Shown: piece after piece, positions 63,198 through 64,000 of the stretch | How positions within the stretch are numbered: position 1 is the stretch's first letter | Layout of the letters: the number at the start of each line of letters is the position of its first letter | Assembly (NCBI GenBank): GCA_026770705.1 | Contig: JANJGN010000034.1 | Location: 4,526,001-4,590,000 of the forward strand | DNA from: Isurus oxyrinchus | Taxonomy: Eukaryota | DNA length: 64,000 bases | Reading direction: 5' to 3' | The notes under the pieces: generated by a model | The model's database searches: none | Told to the model about the DNA's origin: nothing | The model's input: the letters and a program-made list of their open reading frames with translations, nothing else | Program-made: the position numbers and the translations under genes

Positions 63198-64000
63198 GTT
63201 AGCACACAAACAAGGCTGGGTTGGGGCTGCCTCTTGGTAATGGAACGAGATTGAGGATTGCAGTTTTGAGCGCAGGTTATTACCGATGCTGAATTAATGA
63301 CGCAGAATGCCTGAAATTATGTTTATACATTTCTTGTTATTTAAAATTCTGGAGACAATAAACTATGCAGCTCATCTGAAATATCGATGGAATTGAAGAT
63401 TCCATTCAGATTCCAATTGGCTCAAAGTGTTGAAAATAATGGAGAGATCTTGGGAATGTTAAATACGCAGTTTCACATTTGCAAACTATTATATTTCCAG
63501 CCCTCGATTGACGGTAGCAGACCTGAACAATGAAGCAGTTCTGCTACTAGGACATTGATGAAGGAACTCACGGTTTTGTTCTCGCCAAGTGCACGTTTCA
63601 ACCCTTTGTATCTGCTGTGAAGTAGAATTAACTTGTTTCAGCAGCAACAGTCCAGCATGAAGTTGTCGAATTTAGATGTGCATTCTACAGCAGAAATATG
63701 TTTATGGTAATTCAGCACGCAATTGAATGAACAGATCTCTTGGCAAAAATTTGGAGAAGAACTATCACGGCATGGGGTTGATATGCATTCAAACTTAGCC
63801 ATCCTCGGTGGAAAGTCTACATGCAGTGGTCAAACAATCAACACATTTTCTACTCGTTTGTGTGTGCAAATTCAGAGCTTTGTTTCAAACATTGAATCAG
63901 TGATATGTTTTGAATTGCCATTATTAGGCTGTAAATCGTTGCTCGATGTCCCAGTGTACAGAAAAAAAGACGAATTAGAATTGCAATTGTATTATTTCCT

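Larger units (their letters stand above)
3500..64000 (+). repeat. Ancient tandem duplication of about 13 units of ~4-5 kb (A-B-C-D exon cassette plus homologous introns)
   Basis: Spacing recurs: D to A ~1.0 kb (11926-12924, 22871-23852, 41513-42503, 57022-58040, 61133-62132), A to B ~0.3-0.4 kb, B to C ~0.65-0.75 kb. Shared intronic motifs include cattgatgaaggaa..ccaccaatgacaaattt after C and gaggtgaatctgcag before D. Confidence 0.9.

Overview
AT-rich vertebrate genomic DNA. The repeat content (decayed CR1-type LINEs, a tRNA-headed SINE, other short interspersed repeats) suggests a cartilaginous fish; this is inference only. None of the supplied long ORFs is a host gene; the recognisable ones are broken LINE ORF2 pieces. 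The main structure is invisible to the ORF track. It is a + strand, tandemly duplicated ~4-5 kb cassette repeated about 13 times from 3.5 kb to the end of the window. Each full copy carries four symmetric phase-1 micro-exons in fixed order: A (36 nt, ELTxCKxSLKxL), B (27 nt, EEKLKAKQx), C (36 nt, ELDxxKKAAxxS) and D (27 nt, EEKMKSKEx). Each 36+27 pair encodes 21 aa, exactly three heptads, so the spliced product is a long coiled coil with a core Cys in every A exon. I count 48 exon copies. 36 look usable and 12-13 are damaged (lost AG or GT, frameshift or stop), clustered at ~8-18 kb and ~30.7-39.2 kb. The usable exons from 22.8 kb onward keep a strict 27/36 alternation despite the losses. The start and end of the gene lie outside the window, so I cannot name it.
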